Shown here piece by piece: positions 21,887-33,700 of a stretch of 64,000 nucleotides of DNA (positions are counted from its first letter, which is position 1; the number at the start of each line of letters is the position of its first letter). The DNA comes from Eledone cirrhosa. Lineage: Eukaryota. The notes beneath the pieces are model-generated. The model searched no databases, was not told the origin of the DNA, and was given only the letters and a program-made list of their open reading frames with translations. The position numbers were made by a program, and so were the translations under genes. The stretch spans positions 24,800,001-24,864,000 of the forward strand of contig OZ024741.1 of NCBI GenBank assembly GCA_964016885.1. The letters run 5' to 3'.

Positions 21887-24800
21887 ATGGCTGTCTTAAG
21901 AGTGGGTTGTCTAAATGCGCGTGGCCTGGGCTCACCTTGGAAGCAAGCTAAACTTCTAAGTGACCTCAGGTCACAATGTGTAAATGTGATGGTTATTTGC
22001 GAGGCCCGGATCAGCAGCATGCGACAGCTAACCCCCACCTTTGATGACTTTGAGATGCACGCATCTCTCTGTCAGCCCGGAGGTGGGGGTGGGGTTGTCG
22101 TTCTGCTGCAAAAACATCTGGGTCTCGCTACACAGACAGTACACTTGGACCCGGAGGGTCGACTCGTGGTTCTGGACCTTGGCAATGGCGAAGGCGAAGC
22201 TTTTAGGCTTGTCGCCGTATACGCCCCTTTTGGGGCAATGCGGTCGGACTTCTTCCATCGTCTGGAGACTTTTCTAGGGACGTCCCGCTCCTTGCTTTTA
22301 GTGGGGGACTGGAATGGTATCCTAGATGCACGTTGGGACTATGTAGGGGCATGTCCCGATAGAGGGGGGTGTAACAGCCTTAAGGGGTTAATCGGCCGAT
22401 TCGACCTGGCCGATAGATACCGACTAGATTTTCCGACTGTACCAACCTGGACCTGGTCAAATAATAGTGGTCAATCTAGATCGTACCTAGATAGGTTCTT
22501 AGTTAGAATTAAGGATAGGGACTTTTTAAGTTGTCCAGAAATGCTCATGGTGGGCTATTCAGACCACAAGTTAGTGACCTGCGTAGTCCACCTTGATAGA
22601 ACGCATAGGCAGGGGCCCGGTTACTGGAAGCTCAACTTGTCCTTACCGGCAAGTAGAGCTTACAGGGACCGGATTAGAACCTTAGTTAAGGAGCAGTTGA
22701 CGGGCGCCATCGTCAACAACAGGTGGTGGGGCTCTCTAAAAAGAGAGATTAGAGTAGTTTCAATAGGAGTTAGTAAGGAGTTAGCCTCAGATAGAAATAG
22801 GAAGGAAAGGGAGTTGGTAGTTAATGTTGAAGAGGCAATGAGAAGCGGCAACGTGGCCAGAGTGCAAGCGTCGAGAACGGTCTTGAACCAGTTCTTCGAC
22901 GCGAAACACGAAGGCTGCGTTGTCCGAAGCAAAATACGTGCTCTGGGAAACGAGGGGACCAAAGCTGTTAGCTGGGCCCGCGTGACAGAAGCGAAAAGTG
23001 GGATTAAATCCACTATCCGGTCTTTGCGAGACCAGGATGGACGGCTGATCCTTGAACCTAAGCAAATGTGCGAGGCCTTTCAAAGGCACTTTGCCCAATT
23101 GTTCGGGAGGGGCGGGGAGCCGGTTGGAGATGTGGATTTCGGTCCATACCTCGACGGCCTGCCGCGTCTTTCGGACAGGGAGGCGAGGTCCTGCGACGGG
23201 CCGATCTCAGCTGCTGAAATAGGGGACGTGCTGAGCCTATGCGGCAAACGCAAATCTCCAGGACTCGATGGTCTGCCCTACGAACTATATATTAATATGC
23301 CGGACTTGTTCCCCGATCTCCTCGAGGCGGTCTACTGCAACTGGCAACAGAACGGGAGAATTCCCTGTTCTGTGACCAAGGGCGTAGTCTCGCTAGTGAG
23401 GAAGGACGAGAACAAGGGGGATGACATTAGTAATTTTAGGCCCATAACTCTGCTAAATGCAGAGTTAAAGATTTTGGCGAAGGTGTTAGCGAAGAGGTTG
23501 GCGCTTGTCGTGGGGGGCCTGGTGGGAGATGCGCAGACATGCGCTATCCCGTCCAGGTCCATCCACGACAACCTCCACCTCATGCGATACATCATAGAGA
23601 GGGTTGGGAACGAACCCGGCTTTGGTGGGGCCCTGATAAATTTAGATCAGTCTAAAGCGTTCGATAGGGTGGACCATGGTTACCTGGATGCGGTGCTAGC
23701 GGCGGCTGGGTTCGGACCCGTTTTCAGGGGCTGGATCACTGCCATGCACAGCAGCCGCATCTGCTCTAGAATCAAGGTGAACGGCTACCTTTCGGAGCCG
23801 TTCGAAATCACCCGCTCCATCCGACAGGGGTGCCCTCTCTCCTCCCTTCTGTATGTATTGACTCTCGAGCCATTACTGCGGAAGTTGGAGTTGTTGCAGG
23901 GCATCCCTTTGGAACCGGGATTGCGCAAAGCGGTGTCGGCCTACGCCGATGACGTAACAGTAATGGTGTCGACCGCCTCAGAAATCGAGGCAATCGGCAC
24001 CTTACTAGAGGAGTACGAAAGGTTGACAGGGGCTAAGCTGAACCGGGACAAGTCAGTCGCTTTGCAACTCGGCGAGTGGAGGGGCAAAGCGATGTCGTGC
24101 GACGGTATCGTCGGACGGTGGACGGAGGGCCCGGTGAAGTTGCTTGGGGTCTGGTTCGGACCGGACCTCCAGGTGGAGAAAAACTGGGGTGAGGTGACGA
24201 ATAGGGTGTTTGCACTGACCCAGAAGTGGGCCGAGTGCAAACTATCCCTAAAAGGTCGGGCGGAGGTGGCGAACGCTTACATAGCGTCCGTCATCTATTA
24301 CCGCTTGACTGTCGTGCCTTGCCCGGGTGAGATCCTCGCCAAAATGGAGCGCGCCCTCTTTTATTTCCTTTGGAAGAAGAGGTCTCCTCTAGTGAGGAGA
24401 TCCATCTGCTGTCAACACCCTTTGAAAGGAGGGCTGGGGATGCCGTGGCTAAAAATGCGTAAACACGCATTGAGGCTAAGGCACCTCCACGTATTCCTCA
24501 CCGGTCAACCGGTGTGGGCCCCGTTTGTGAGGCGAGCCTTCCCGAGGCTCGTCTCGCTCACCGAGCTGCAGTCTTGGGTGAAGCAAAGACCGAGAAAACT
24601 GGGCGACTGGCACACCGAGTGTGCCCAGGCGCTCACGGCTCTCTGGCAGGCGGACCCGGCTATCAACGGAGACTCCACCTCGTCATTCTATAGAGGGCTG
24701 GTGGTTAGCGGGTGCGACGACGCCCTCGGAGAAGCCCTAGGCATGGAGGAGGACGAACTGGCCAGTCTATTCAGTAGGACTTTCGGCCCGGGACCTATGG

Positions 24801-25324
24801 ACAACTTCCAGAAGTCCTTGGCCTGGCAGTGCTACCGAGGGGCTCTGCCCGTTCGGGATAAGCTCTACAGACACGGGCGCCCGGGTAGGGACCCCTCGAA
24901 AAAGATCTGTCCCAGATGCGTGCGCGACGAGGAAACCGTCGCGCACGCATTGGTGCACTGCCCGGGCGTTGCCGATCTGTGGGGCTATGTCGAACGACTG
25001 CTGTCACGGGTGGGACCAATTAGGTTGACCACCGAGTCCATTGTAACGATCAAGCCGCCTCCCCCCTTCAAAAATGAAGGAGAGGCGGTCTTCCTCTGTG
25101 TAATAGCCATGGTAAAAGAGGCTATATGGTGGACGCGTCTGAAAGGGCTGAGGTCGGACACCTTTCTCTCCGGCCAACAACTGGTCCTTTTCTTCCGATA
25201 CCATTTCGGAAGAAGGATCAGGATGGAGAGAGAGGTGCTCCACTCCAGCCAGTTTTATGAAAGGTGGGTGAAAGTTGCGAGAATGGCCCGTGTGAATGGG
25301 CCTTCTCTCTACCTCAGCCTGTAG
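21887..25324 (+). CDS. ORF2 of LINE copy 2: APE endonuclease, reverse transcriptase, C-terminal zinc finger (1145 aa)
   Basis: Uninterrupted ORF with CLNARGL, VYAP, GDWN, YLDRFL, YSDH, PGLDG, FRPITLLN, DQSKAFD, QGCPLS, YADD, LLGV and CPRC..ETVAHALVHC. Confidence 0.97.
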   Translation: MAVLRVGCLNARGLGSPWKQAKLLSDLRSQCVNVMVICEARISSMRQLTPTFDDFEMHASLCQPGGGGGVVVLLQKHLGLATQTVHLDPEGRLVVLDLGNGEGEAFRLVAVYAPFGAMRSDFFHRLETFLGTSRSLLLVGDWNGILDARWDYVGACPDRGGCNSLKGLIGRFDLADRYRLDFPTVPTWTWSNNSGQSRSYLDRFLVRIKDRDFLSCPEMLMVGYSDHKLVTCVVHLDRTHRQGPGYWKLNLSLPASRAYRDRIRTLVKEQLTGAIVNNRWWGSLKREIRVVSIGVSKELASDRNRKERELVVNVEEAMRSGNVARVQASRTVLNQFFDAKHEGCVVRSKIRALGNEGTKAVSWARVTEAKSGIKSTIRSLRDQDGRLILEPKQMCEAFQRHFAQLFGRGGEPVGDVDFGPYLDGLPRLSDREARSCDGPISAAEIGDVLSLCGKRKSPGLDGLPYELYINMPDLFPDLLEAVYCNWQQNGRIPCSVTKGVVSLVRKDENKGDDISNFRPITLLNAELKILAKVLAKRLALVVGGLVGDAQTCAIPSRSIHDNLHLMRYIIERVGNEPGFGGALINLDQSKAFDRVDHGYLDAVLAAAGFGPVFRGWITAMHSSRICSRIKVNGYLSEPFEITRSIRQGCPLSSLLYVLTLEPLLRKLELLQGIPLEPGLRKAVSAYADDVTVMVSTASEIEAIGTLLEEYERLTGAKLNRDKSVALQLGEWRGKAMSCDGIVGRWTEGPVKLLGVWFGPDLQVEKNWGEVTNRVFALTQKWAECKLSLKGRAEVANAYIASVIYYRLTVVPCPGEILAKMERALFYFLWKKRSPLVRRSICCQHPLKGGLGMPWLKMRKHALRLRHLHVFLTGQPVWAPFVRRAFPRLVSLTELQSWVKQRPRKLGDWHTECAQALTALWQADPAINGDSTSSFYRGLVVSGCDDALGEALGMEEDELASLFSRTFGPGPMDNFQKSLAWQCYRGALPVRDKLYRHGRPGRDPSKKICPRCVRDEETVAHALVHCPGVADLWGYVERLLSRVGPIRLTTESIVTIKPPPPFKNEGEAVFLCVIAMVKEAIWWTRLKGLRSDTFLSGQQLVLFFRYHFGRRIRMEREVLHSSQFYERWVKVARMARVNGPSLYLSL

Positions 25325-25549
25325 GTGGAACAAAAAGAAGGGACCACCCTCTCTTAGTGCTCCCGTGGAGAAGGGTCGCACACTTTTTTTCGGGGGTGTG
25401 TGTGACCCCAAAACGATCCCTCCCTATTGAGGACCTTCTTGTTATTATTTTGTTTGTTATATTTTTCTTACTCGATTTTTATGTAAACTCCCCCCACCCA
25501 TGTACATGTCCCTTTCTTTTGTGCCCTAGTGGCAAATAAACAGAAATTT

Positions 25550-25720
25550 GTCTGTTAGACTGACATACAGACAGACTGACTAACAGACAGTCAGTCTCTC
25601 TCACTATCTGTCAGTCTAACAGACATACTGACTGTCAGACAGACAGACTGACATACAGACAGACTGACATACAGACTGACAGATTGACAGTCAGTCAGTC
25701 TGTCTGTCTGTCTGCTGACA
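25550..25720. repeat. Degenerate (GACA/GACT)n microsatellite with mixed orientation
   Basis: Runs of agac/tgac/gtct/gtca. Confidence 0.8.
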
Positions 25721-28242
25721 TCTGAAAAATTGTTATTTAGCTATCTAGTATTAGAAATATGGTAATGAAAGGGTTAAACAACATAGACAGTGTCTTTTAT
25801 TAAAAATATGGTAATGAAAGGGTTAAACAACATAGACAGTGTCTTTTATTAGAAATATGGTAATGAAAGGGTTAAACAACGTAGACAGTGTGTTTTATTA
25901 GAAATATGGTAATGAAAGGGTTAAACAACATAGACAGTGTCTTTTATTAGAAATATGGTAATGAAAGGGTTAAACAACATAGACAGTGTCTTTTATTAGA
26001 AATATGGTAATGAAAGGGTTAAACAACATAGACAGTGTCTTTTATTAGAAATATGGTAATGAAAGGGTTAAACAACATAGACAGTGTCTTTTATTAGAAA
26101 TATGGTAATGAAAGGGTTAAACAACAGACAGTGTCTTTTATTAGAAATATGGTAATGAAAGGGTTAAACAACATAGACAGTGTCTTTTATTAGAAATATG
26201 GTAATGAAAGGGTTAAACAACATAGACAGTGTCTTTTATTAAAAATATGGTAATGAAAGGGTTAAACAACATAGACAGTGTCTTTTATTAGAAATATGGT
26301 AATGAAAGGGTTAAACAACATAGACAGTGTCTTTTATTAGAAATATGGTAATGAAAGGGTTAAACAACATAGACAGTGTCTTTTATTAGAAATATGGTAA
26401 TGAAAGGGTTAAACAACATAGACAGTGTGTTTTATTAGAAATATGGTAATGAAAGGGTTAAACAACATAAACAGTGTCTTTTATTAGAAATATGGTAATG
26501 AAAGGGTTAAACAACATAGACAGTGTCTTTTATTAGAAATATGGTAATGAAAGGGTTAAACAACATAGACAGTGTCTTTTATTAGAAATATGGTAATGAA
26601 AGAGTTAAACAACATAGACAGTGTCTTTTATTAGAAATATGGTAATGAAAGGGTTAAACAACAGACAGTGTCTTTTATTAGAAATATGGTAATGAAAGGG
26701 TTAAACAACATAGACAGTGTCTTTTATTAAAAATATGGTAATGAAAGGGTTAAACAACATAGACAGTGTCTTTTATTAGAAATATGGTAATGAAAGGGTT
26801 AAACAACATAGACAGTGTCTTTTATTAGAAATATGGTAATGAAAGAGTTAAACAACATAGACAGTGTCTTTTATTAGAAATATGGTAATGAAAGGGTTAA
26901 ACAACATAGTGTCTTTTATTAGAAATATGGTAATGAAAGGGTTAAACAACATAGACAGTGTCTTTTATTAGAAATATGGTAATGAAAGGGTTAAACAACA
27001 TAGACAGTGTCTTTTATTAGAAATATGGTAATGAAAGGGTTAAACAACATAGACAGTGTCTTTTATTAGAAATATGGTAATGAAAGGGTTAAACAACATA
27101 GACAGTGTGTTTTATTAGAAATATGGTAATGAAAGGGTTAAACAACATAGACAGTGTCTTTTATTAGAAATATGGTAATGAAAGGGTTAAACAACATAGA
27201 CAGTGTCTTTTATTAGAAATATGGTAATGAAAGGGTTAAACAACATAGTGTCTTTTATTAGAAATATGGTAATGAAAGGGTTAAACAACATAGACAGTGT
27301 CTTTTATTAGAGATATTGTAATGAAAGGGTTAAACAACATAGATAGTGGCTTTTATTAGAAATATGGTAATGAAAGGGTTAAACAACATAGACAGTGTCT
27401 TTTATCAGAAATATGGTAATGAAAGGGTTAAACAACATAGACAGTGTCTTTTATTAGAAATATGCTAATGAAAGGGTTAAACAACATAGACAGTGTCTTT
27501 TATTAGATATATGGTAATGAAAGGGTTAAACAACATAGGCAGTGTCTTTTATTAGATATAGGGTAATGAAAGGGTTAAACAACATAGACAGTGTCTTTTA
27601 TTAGAAATATGGTAATGAAAGAGTTAAACAACATAGACAGTGTCTTTTATTAGAAATATGGTAATGAAAGGGTTAAACAACATAGACAGTGTCTTTTATT
27701 AGAAATATGGTAATGAAAGGGTTAAACAACATAGACAGTGTCTTTTATTAGAAATATGGTAATGAAAGGGTTAAACAACATAGATAGTGTCTTTTATTAG
27801 AAATATGGTAATGAAAGGGTTAAACAACATAGATAGTGTCTTTTATTAGAAATATGGTAATGAAAGGGTTAAACAACATAGACAGTGTCTTTTATTAGAG
27901 ATATTGTAATGAAAGGGTTAAACAACATAGATAGTGTCTTTTATTAGAAATATGGTAATGAAAGGGTTAAACAACATAGACAGTGTCTTTTATTAGAAAT
28001 ATGGTAATGAAAGGGTTAAACAACATAGATAGTGTCTTTTATTAGAAATATGGTAATGAAAGGGTTAAACAACATAGACAGTGTCTTTTATCAGAAATAT
28101 GGTAATGAAAGGGTTAAACAACATAGACAGTGTCTTTTATTAGAAATATGGTAATGAAAGGGTTAAACAACATAGACAGTGTCTTTTATTAGAAATATGG
28201 TAATGAAAGGGTTAAACAACATAGATAGTGTCTTATTAGAAA

Positions 28243-30757
28243 CTAGCAGAAGTACCCGGCGTTGCCCGGGTGTAAGTCGACCTTTGGTCTGTTAGAATGT
28301 GTGAAAGTTACTTCCCGTGCATCACAGGTTCAAAACTTCGAACTTCAATGGAAAAAAATAGGTTAGTAGACACAGGTGTGTAATTTATTAATTGTAGTTA
28401 CACAGTGTATCGTTGAAATTGTTCTCTGCATGACTGACGGAAGTCAAAATCGCTTGATATTGAATGTTCAGTTAATTTAAAGCAGGGTGAAAATGTCGAT
28501 TACTTTCAGGGTTTTTTTTTTTTACAATTTTAGCACTCACATGTGCAGAAGAAGAATTAAAAGGGCCTTTATCTTAACCGCGGCATAATGGCGAGTCTTT
28601 TGTGACAGTTTTCATGAATATAGGACGTTCCTGTAAAAAGTTTTCCCATGTGTAACTTTGCCTTGTTTTTTTGCGCAAAGTCGAGCCCCGCTTCAGTTTT
28701 ATTGATTTTTTACATCAATGCGTGATCTCTGAAGTAGATTTGAGTAGCTAAAAACCTGTCCCGGTAAATTTGCTATAGGTGAAAAAAAGTTGATCAAAAT
28801 TGTATCTAGGGTTATTGCCCTTTGCCACAGCCTCAAGCCTCGTCTGATGGGATGTTGGTGATTCCTCCGTCAGCGCTTGTTGGCGACGAAGGCGAACATC
28901 AGCAAGCCTTGTCGTACGTGATGTTGGTGACTCAACCAGCTGGGAAAGACGTCTATCAGCGAGTCGAGATTCGCGCTCAGCAGGTGTTTCCTAGAGAAAA
29001 TTAATTAATTCTACTGGTTAGCGAAGCCAATGGCAGTGTCAATAGTAAATGAGAAAAGTCTAACATGAACAAAAGGGAATCAAGGTAAGACAATAAATTT
29101 AATATAACTACGATTAGAATGTTGTAGTTGCTTAAAAGTGGTGACAGTTAGGATAAACGCAGTACTTGCTAACATTAAGGGAGAATATTGCATAAAGGAT
29201 TAATCAATTGTGAATGAACTCATACCTGAGAACGCCTAATTCGTTGTCTCAAAGCAATAGCTGTACCTTTTTTGGAGGCAAGTCTTGAACGTTTCCGTGT
29301 GGGCATAACGACGTGTAACAAAGCTGTTAGGCTAGAGGGAGGTGATTAAATACAGAGAGAGATGACTCCAGATTCGTTAGCGTGGTTACTGGTGAATGGG
29401 AAGGTTTGGAAATATGATTACAATAACTTACCGAATTTTCCCGTCTATATATTGCACTTAAAATAATTAAATTTAATCAAAAAACAGCTCTGCGCTTTAT
29501 ACTCCGGTGAGCCTTATGTATAAATAATACAATGGTAATCAATCACGGCTCTAACAGAAGTAATAGATCTAGACTAAAAGTAAAGAAGATAGCATTTTCT
29601 GGTTGGCCTTACACGCCGTTGCGCAGACCTGATTTTAAATGATACGCCTTATATCCTGGTGAGCCTTATAGAGCGGAAAATATCTATTGGAAAAGAATAC
29701 GAATTCATGACCAAGGTGTGACAAAATAGGCGTCTATACAGCGCCTGAAACAAACTTGTCCAAAACCCTAGGATTTTTCTCGTTAAGTATCCACCCAAAA
29801 GGAACCGTGTTTTAGTTACAAAACATAACCAAAGTGTATAGTAGCTATATTTCTGACATATCATGCCAAAAAGAACAATATATTCAAAAAATGTTCTAAA
29901 GTACATTCAATCTCTCTTTTTGAACGATATCTTAATAAGCAAGTTATCGATTTTTTATTGGCTGTCAGTGTCTATCTGCATGCAGGTGTGCACGTGTGCG
30001 CAATTAATTGCAAATACGCTCATAACATTTAGTCGTAAGCAGAACAAAAAATGCCATTAGAGGTGGGCTAATAATGAAGACACAAACCCTGGTGAACTTA
30101 CGTTTAAACACCCGAAAAGTTACTCACTTCCTGTGCAAAAGACTGTATTATAAATTAAGTAATTTTTTAGAATCTTTTGTTTAAAAAAGGAAAACATTGG
30201 TACAACGTAAATTTTTTTACTTGTATTGTATGTGTACAACACAACTTGGTTAACGTATAATTTAGTAATTTTTTTTTCAAAAAGCATGATTATTTAAGAC
30301 TGTTTGAAAATTTACTCACAGCTTTTAGGTTCACAAAAGACACCATTAAATTTGGTTCCCTTTTCAGATAGGGATAATACTGTATTTCCACTTGAATAAG
30401 GTGGAATATGAAAAGAATCTCTTTAATAGTCGGTCGTTTACTGAGACAGCTGGGAAGACCTGCAGCTGGCCGTCCAATCAATAACGCATGTCCTTATATG
30501 GGCATATGAAATTTATTTTAATTGCGCTAGATGAAAATTAAGAGTTCTTGTGTTCGAATTCACATAAAATTTCATTGGAATCGAAAAACATTCTGTCATA
30601 GGGTCCGATTATCGACTTTTCGAAAATTTCAAGTAGCCTATTCCACTCTACGCGTTGAGTTTTATATATGTGTGAGGTTTCATGAAAATTGGATGAACGG
30701 TGTAGCAGGCAAGTTCGGTACACTAAACAATGTCCATCTTCCCTTTATATATATAGA
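28243..30757 (-). mobile_element. Non-autonomous Helitron (2515 bp) inserted in the satellite
   Basis: Minus strand A|TCTATATATATAAA ... hairpin CCCGGGCAACGCCGGG ... CTAG|T. Removing it restores tattagaaa|tatggtaatg exactly, with no TSD. Confidence 0.95.
28748..29306 (-). CDS. Predicted two-exon 107-aa ORF: basic N-terminus plus STPR-like repeats (Helitron transposase N-terminal remnant)
   Basis: Exon 1 29306-29226 MPTRKRSRLASKKGTAIALRQRIRRSQ; phase-0 intron 29225-28991 (CAG|gtatga ... ttttctctag|GAA); exon 2 28990-28748 ETPAERESRLADRRLSQLVESPTSRTTRLADVRLRRQQALTEESPTSHQTRLEAVAK...GF*. Confidence 0.7.
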
Positions 30758-33700
30758 TATGGTAATGAAAGGGTTAAACAACATAGATAGTGTCCTTTAT
30801 TAGAAATATGGTAATGAAAGGGTTAAACAACATAGATAGTGTCTTTTATTAGAAATATGGTAATGAAAGGGTTAAACAACATAGATAGTGTCTTTTATTA
30901 GAAATATGGAAATGAAAGGGTTAAACAACATGGATAGTGTCTTTTATTAGAAATAGGGTAATGAAAGGGTTAAACAACATAGACAGTGTCTTTTATTGGA
31001 AATATGGTAATGAAAGGGTTAAACAACATAGTGTCTTTTATTAGAAATATGATAATGAAAGGGTTAAACAACATAGACAGTGTCTTTTATTAGAAATATG
31101 GTAATGAAAGGGTTAAACAACATAGATAGTGTCTTTTATTAGAAATATGATAATGAAAGGGTTAAACAACATAGACAGTGTCTTTTATTAGAAATATGGT
31201 AATGAAAGGGTTAAACAACATAGACAGTGTCTTTTATTAGAAATATGGTAATGAAAGGGTTAAACAACATAGACAGTGTTTTTTATTAGAAATATGGTAA
31301 TGAAAGGGTTAAACAAAATAGACAGTGTCTTTTATTAGATATAGGGTAATGAAAGTGTTAAACAACATAGACAGTGTCTTTTATTAGAAATATGATAATG
31401 AAAGGGTTAAACAACATAGACAGTGTCTTTTATTAGATATATGGTAATGAAAGGGTTAAACAACATAGACAGTGTCTTTTATTAGAAATATGGTAATGAA
31501 AGGGTTAAACAACATAGACAGTGTCTTTTATTAGAAATATGGTAATGAAAGAGTTAAACAACATAGACAGTGTCTTTTATTAGATATATGGTAATGAAAG
31601 GGTTAAACAACATAGACAGTGTCTTTTATTAGAAATATGGTAATGAAAGGGTTAAACAACATAGACAGTGTCTTTTATTAGAAATATGGTAATGAAAGGG
31701 TTAAACAACATAGACAGTGTCCTTTATTAGAAATATGGTAATGAAAGGGTTAAACAACATAGACAGTGTCTTTTATTAGATATAGGGTAATGAAAGTGTT
31801 AAACAACATACACAGTGTCTTTTATTAGAAATATGGTAATGATAGGGTTAAACAACATAGACAGTGTCTTTTATTAGAAATATGGTAATGAAAGTGTTAA
31901 ACAACATACACAGTGTCTTTTATTAGAAATATGGTAATGATAGGGTTAAACAACATAGACAGTGTCTTTTATTAGAAATATGGTAATGAAAGAGTTAAAC
32001 AACATAGACAGTGTGTTTTATTAGAAATATGATAATGAAAGTGTTAACCAACATAGACTGTGTCTTTTATTAGAAATATGGTAATGAAAGGGTTAAACAA
32101 CATAGTCAGTGTCTTTTATTAGAAATAGGGTAATGAAAGGGTTAAACAACATAGTCAGTGTCTTTTATTAGAAATAGGGTAATGAAAGGTTTAAACAACA
32201 TAGACAGTGTGTTTTATTAGAAATATGGTAATGAAAGGGTTAAACAACATAGACAGTGTCTTTTATTAGAAATATGGTAATGAAAGGGTTAACCAACATA
32301 GACAGTGTCTTTTATTAGAAATATGATAATGAAAGGGTTAAACAACATAGACAGTGTCTTTTATTAGAAATATGGTAATGAAAGGGTTAAACAACATAGA
32401 CAGTGTCTTTTATTAGAAATATGGTACTGAAAGGGTTAAACAACATAGATAGTGTCTTTTATTAGAAATATGGTAATGAAAGGGTTAAACAACATAGACA
32501 GTGTCTTTTATTAGATATAGGGTAATGAAAGTGTTAAACAACATAGACAGTGTCTTTTATTAGAAATATGGTAATGAAAGGGTTAAACAACATAGACAGT
32601 GTCTTTTATTCGAAATATGATAATGAAAGGGTTAAACAACATAGACAGTGTCTTTTATTAGAAATATGGTAATGAAAGGGTTAAACAACATAGACAGTGT
32701 CTTTTATTAGAAATATGGTAATGAAAGGGTTAAACAACATAGACAGTGTCTTCTATTAGAAATATGATAATGAAAGGGTTAAACAACATAGACAGTGTCT
32801 TTTATTAGATATAGGGTAATGAATGTGTTAAACAACATAGACAGTCTCTTTTATTAGAAATATGGTAATGAAAGGATTAAACAACATAGACAGTGTCTTT
32901 TATTAGAAATATGGTAATGAAAGGGTTAAACAACATAGACAGTGTCTTTTATTAGAAATATGGTAATGAAAGGGTTAGACAACATAGACAGTGTCTTTTA
33001 TTAGAAATATGGTAATGAAAGGGTTACACAACATAGACAGTGTCTTTTATTAGAAATATGGTAATGAAATGGTTAAACAACATAGACAGTGTCTTTTATT
33101 AGAAATATGGTAATGAAAGGGTTAAACAACATAGACAGTGTCTTTTATTAGAAATATGGTAATGAAAGGGTTAAACAACATAGACAGTGTCTTTTATTAG
33201 ATATATGGTAATGAAAGGGTTAAACAACATAGACAGTGTCTTTTATTAGAGATATGGTAATGAAAGGTTTAAACAACATAGACAGTGTCTTTTATTAGAA
33301 ATATGGTAATGAAAGGGTTAAACAACATAGACAGTGTCTTTTATTAGAAATATGGTAATGAAAGGGTTAAACAACATAGACAGTGTCTTTTATTAGAAAT
33401 ATGGTAATGAAAGGGTTAAACAACATAGACAGTGTCTTTTATTAAATATAGGGTAATGAAAGTGTTAAAAAACATAGACGGTGTCTTTTATTAGAAATAT
33501 AATAATGAAAGGGTTAAACAACAGAAATATGGTAATGTTAGGGTTAAACAACATAGACAGTGTCTTTTATTAGAAATATGGTAATGAAGGGGTTAAATAA
33601 CATAGAGAATGTCTATTATTAGATATAGGGTAATGAAAGGGTTAAACAACATAGACAGTGTCTTTTATTAGAAATATGGTAATGAAAGGGTTAAACAACA

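Larger units (their letters stand above)
20374..25547 (+). mobile_element. Tx1/L1-clade non-LTR retrotransposon copy 2 (5' end lost in the gap), young
   Basis: ORF1, intact ORF2, and a 3' UTR ending AATAAACAGAAAT. Confidence 0.95.

Noticed and set aside
28822-29004. 60-aa + strand ORF in the Helitron
   Set aside because: It is the antisense shadow of the minus-strand STPR-like exon.
33530-33546. Telomeric TTAGGG in some satellite monomers
   Set aside because: Isolated two-base variant (gaaaggg>gttaggg) propagated by duplications, never in tandem.
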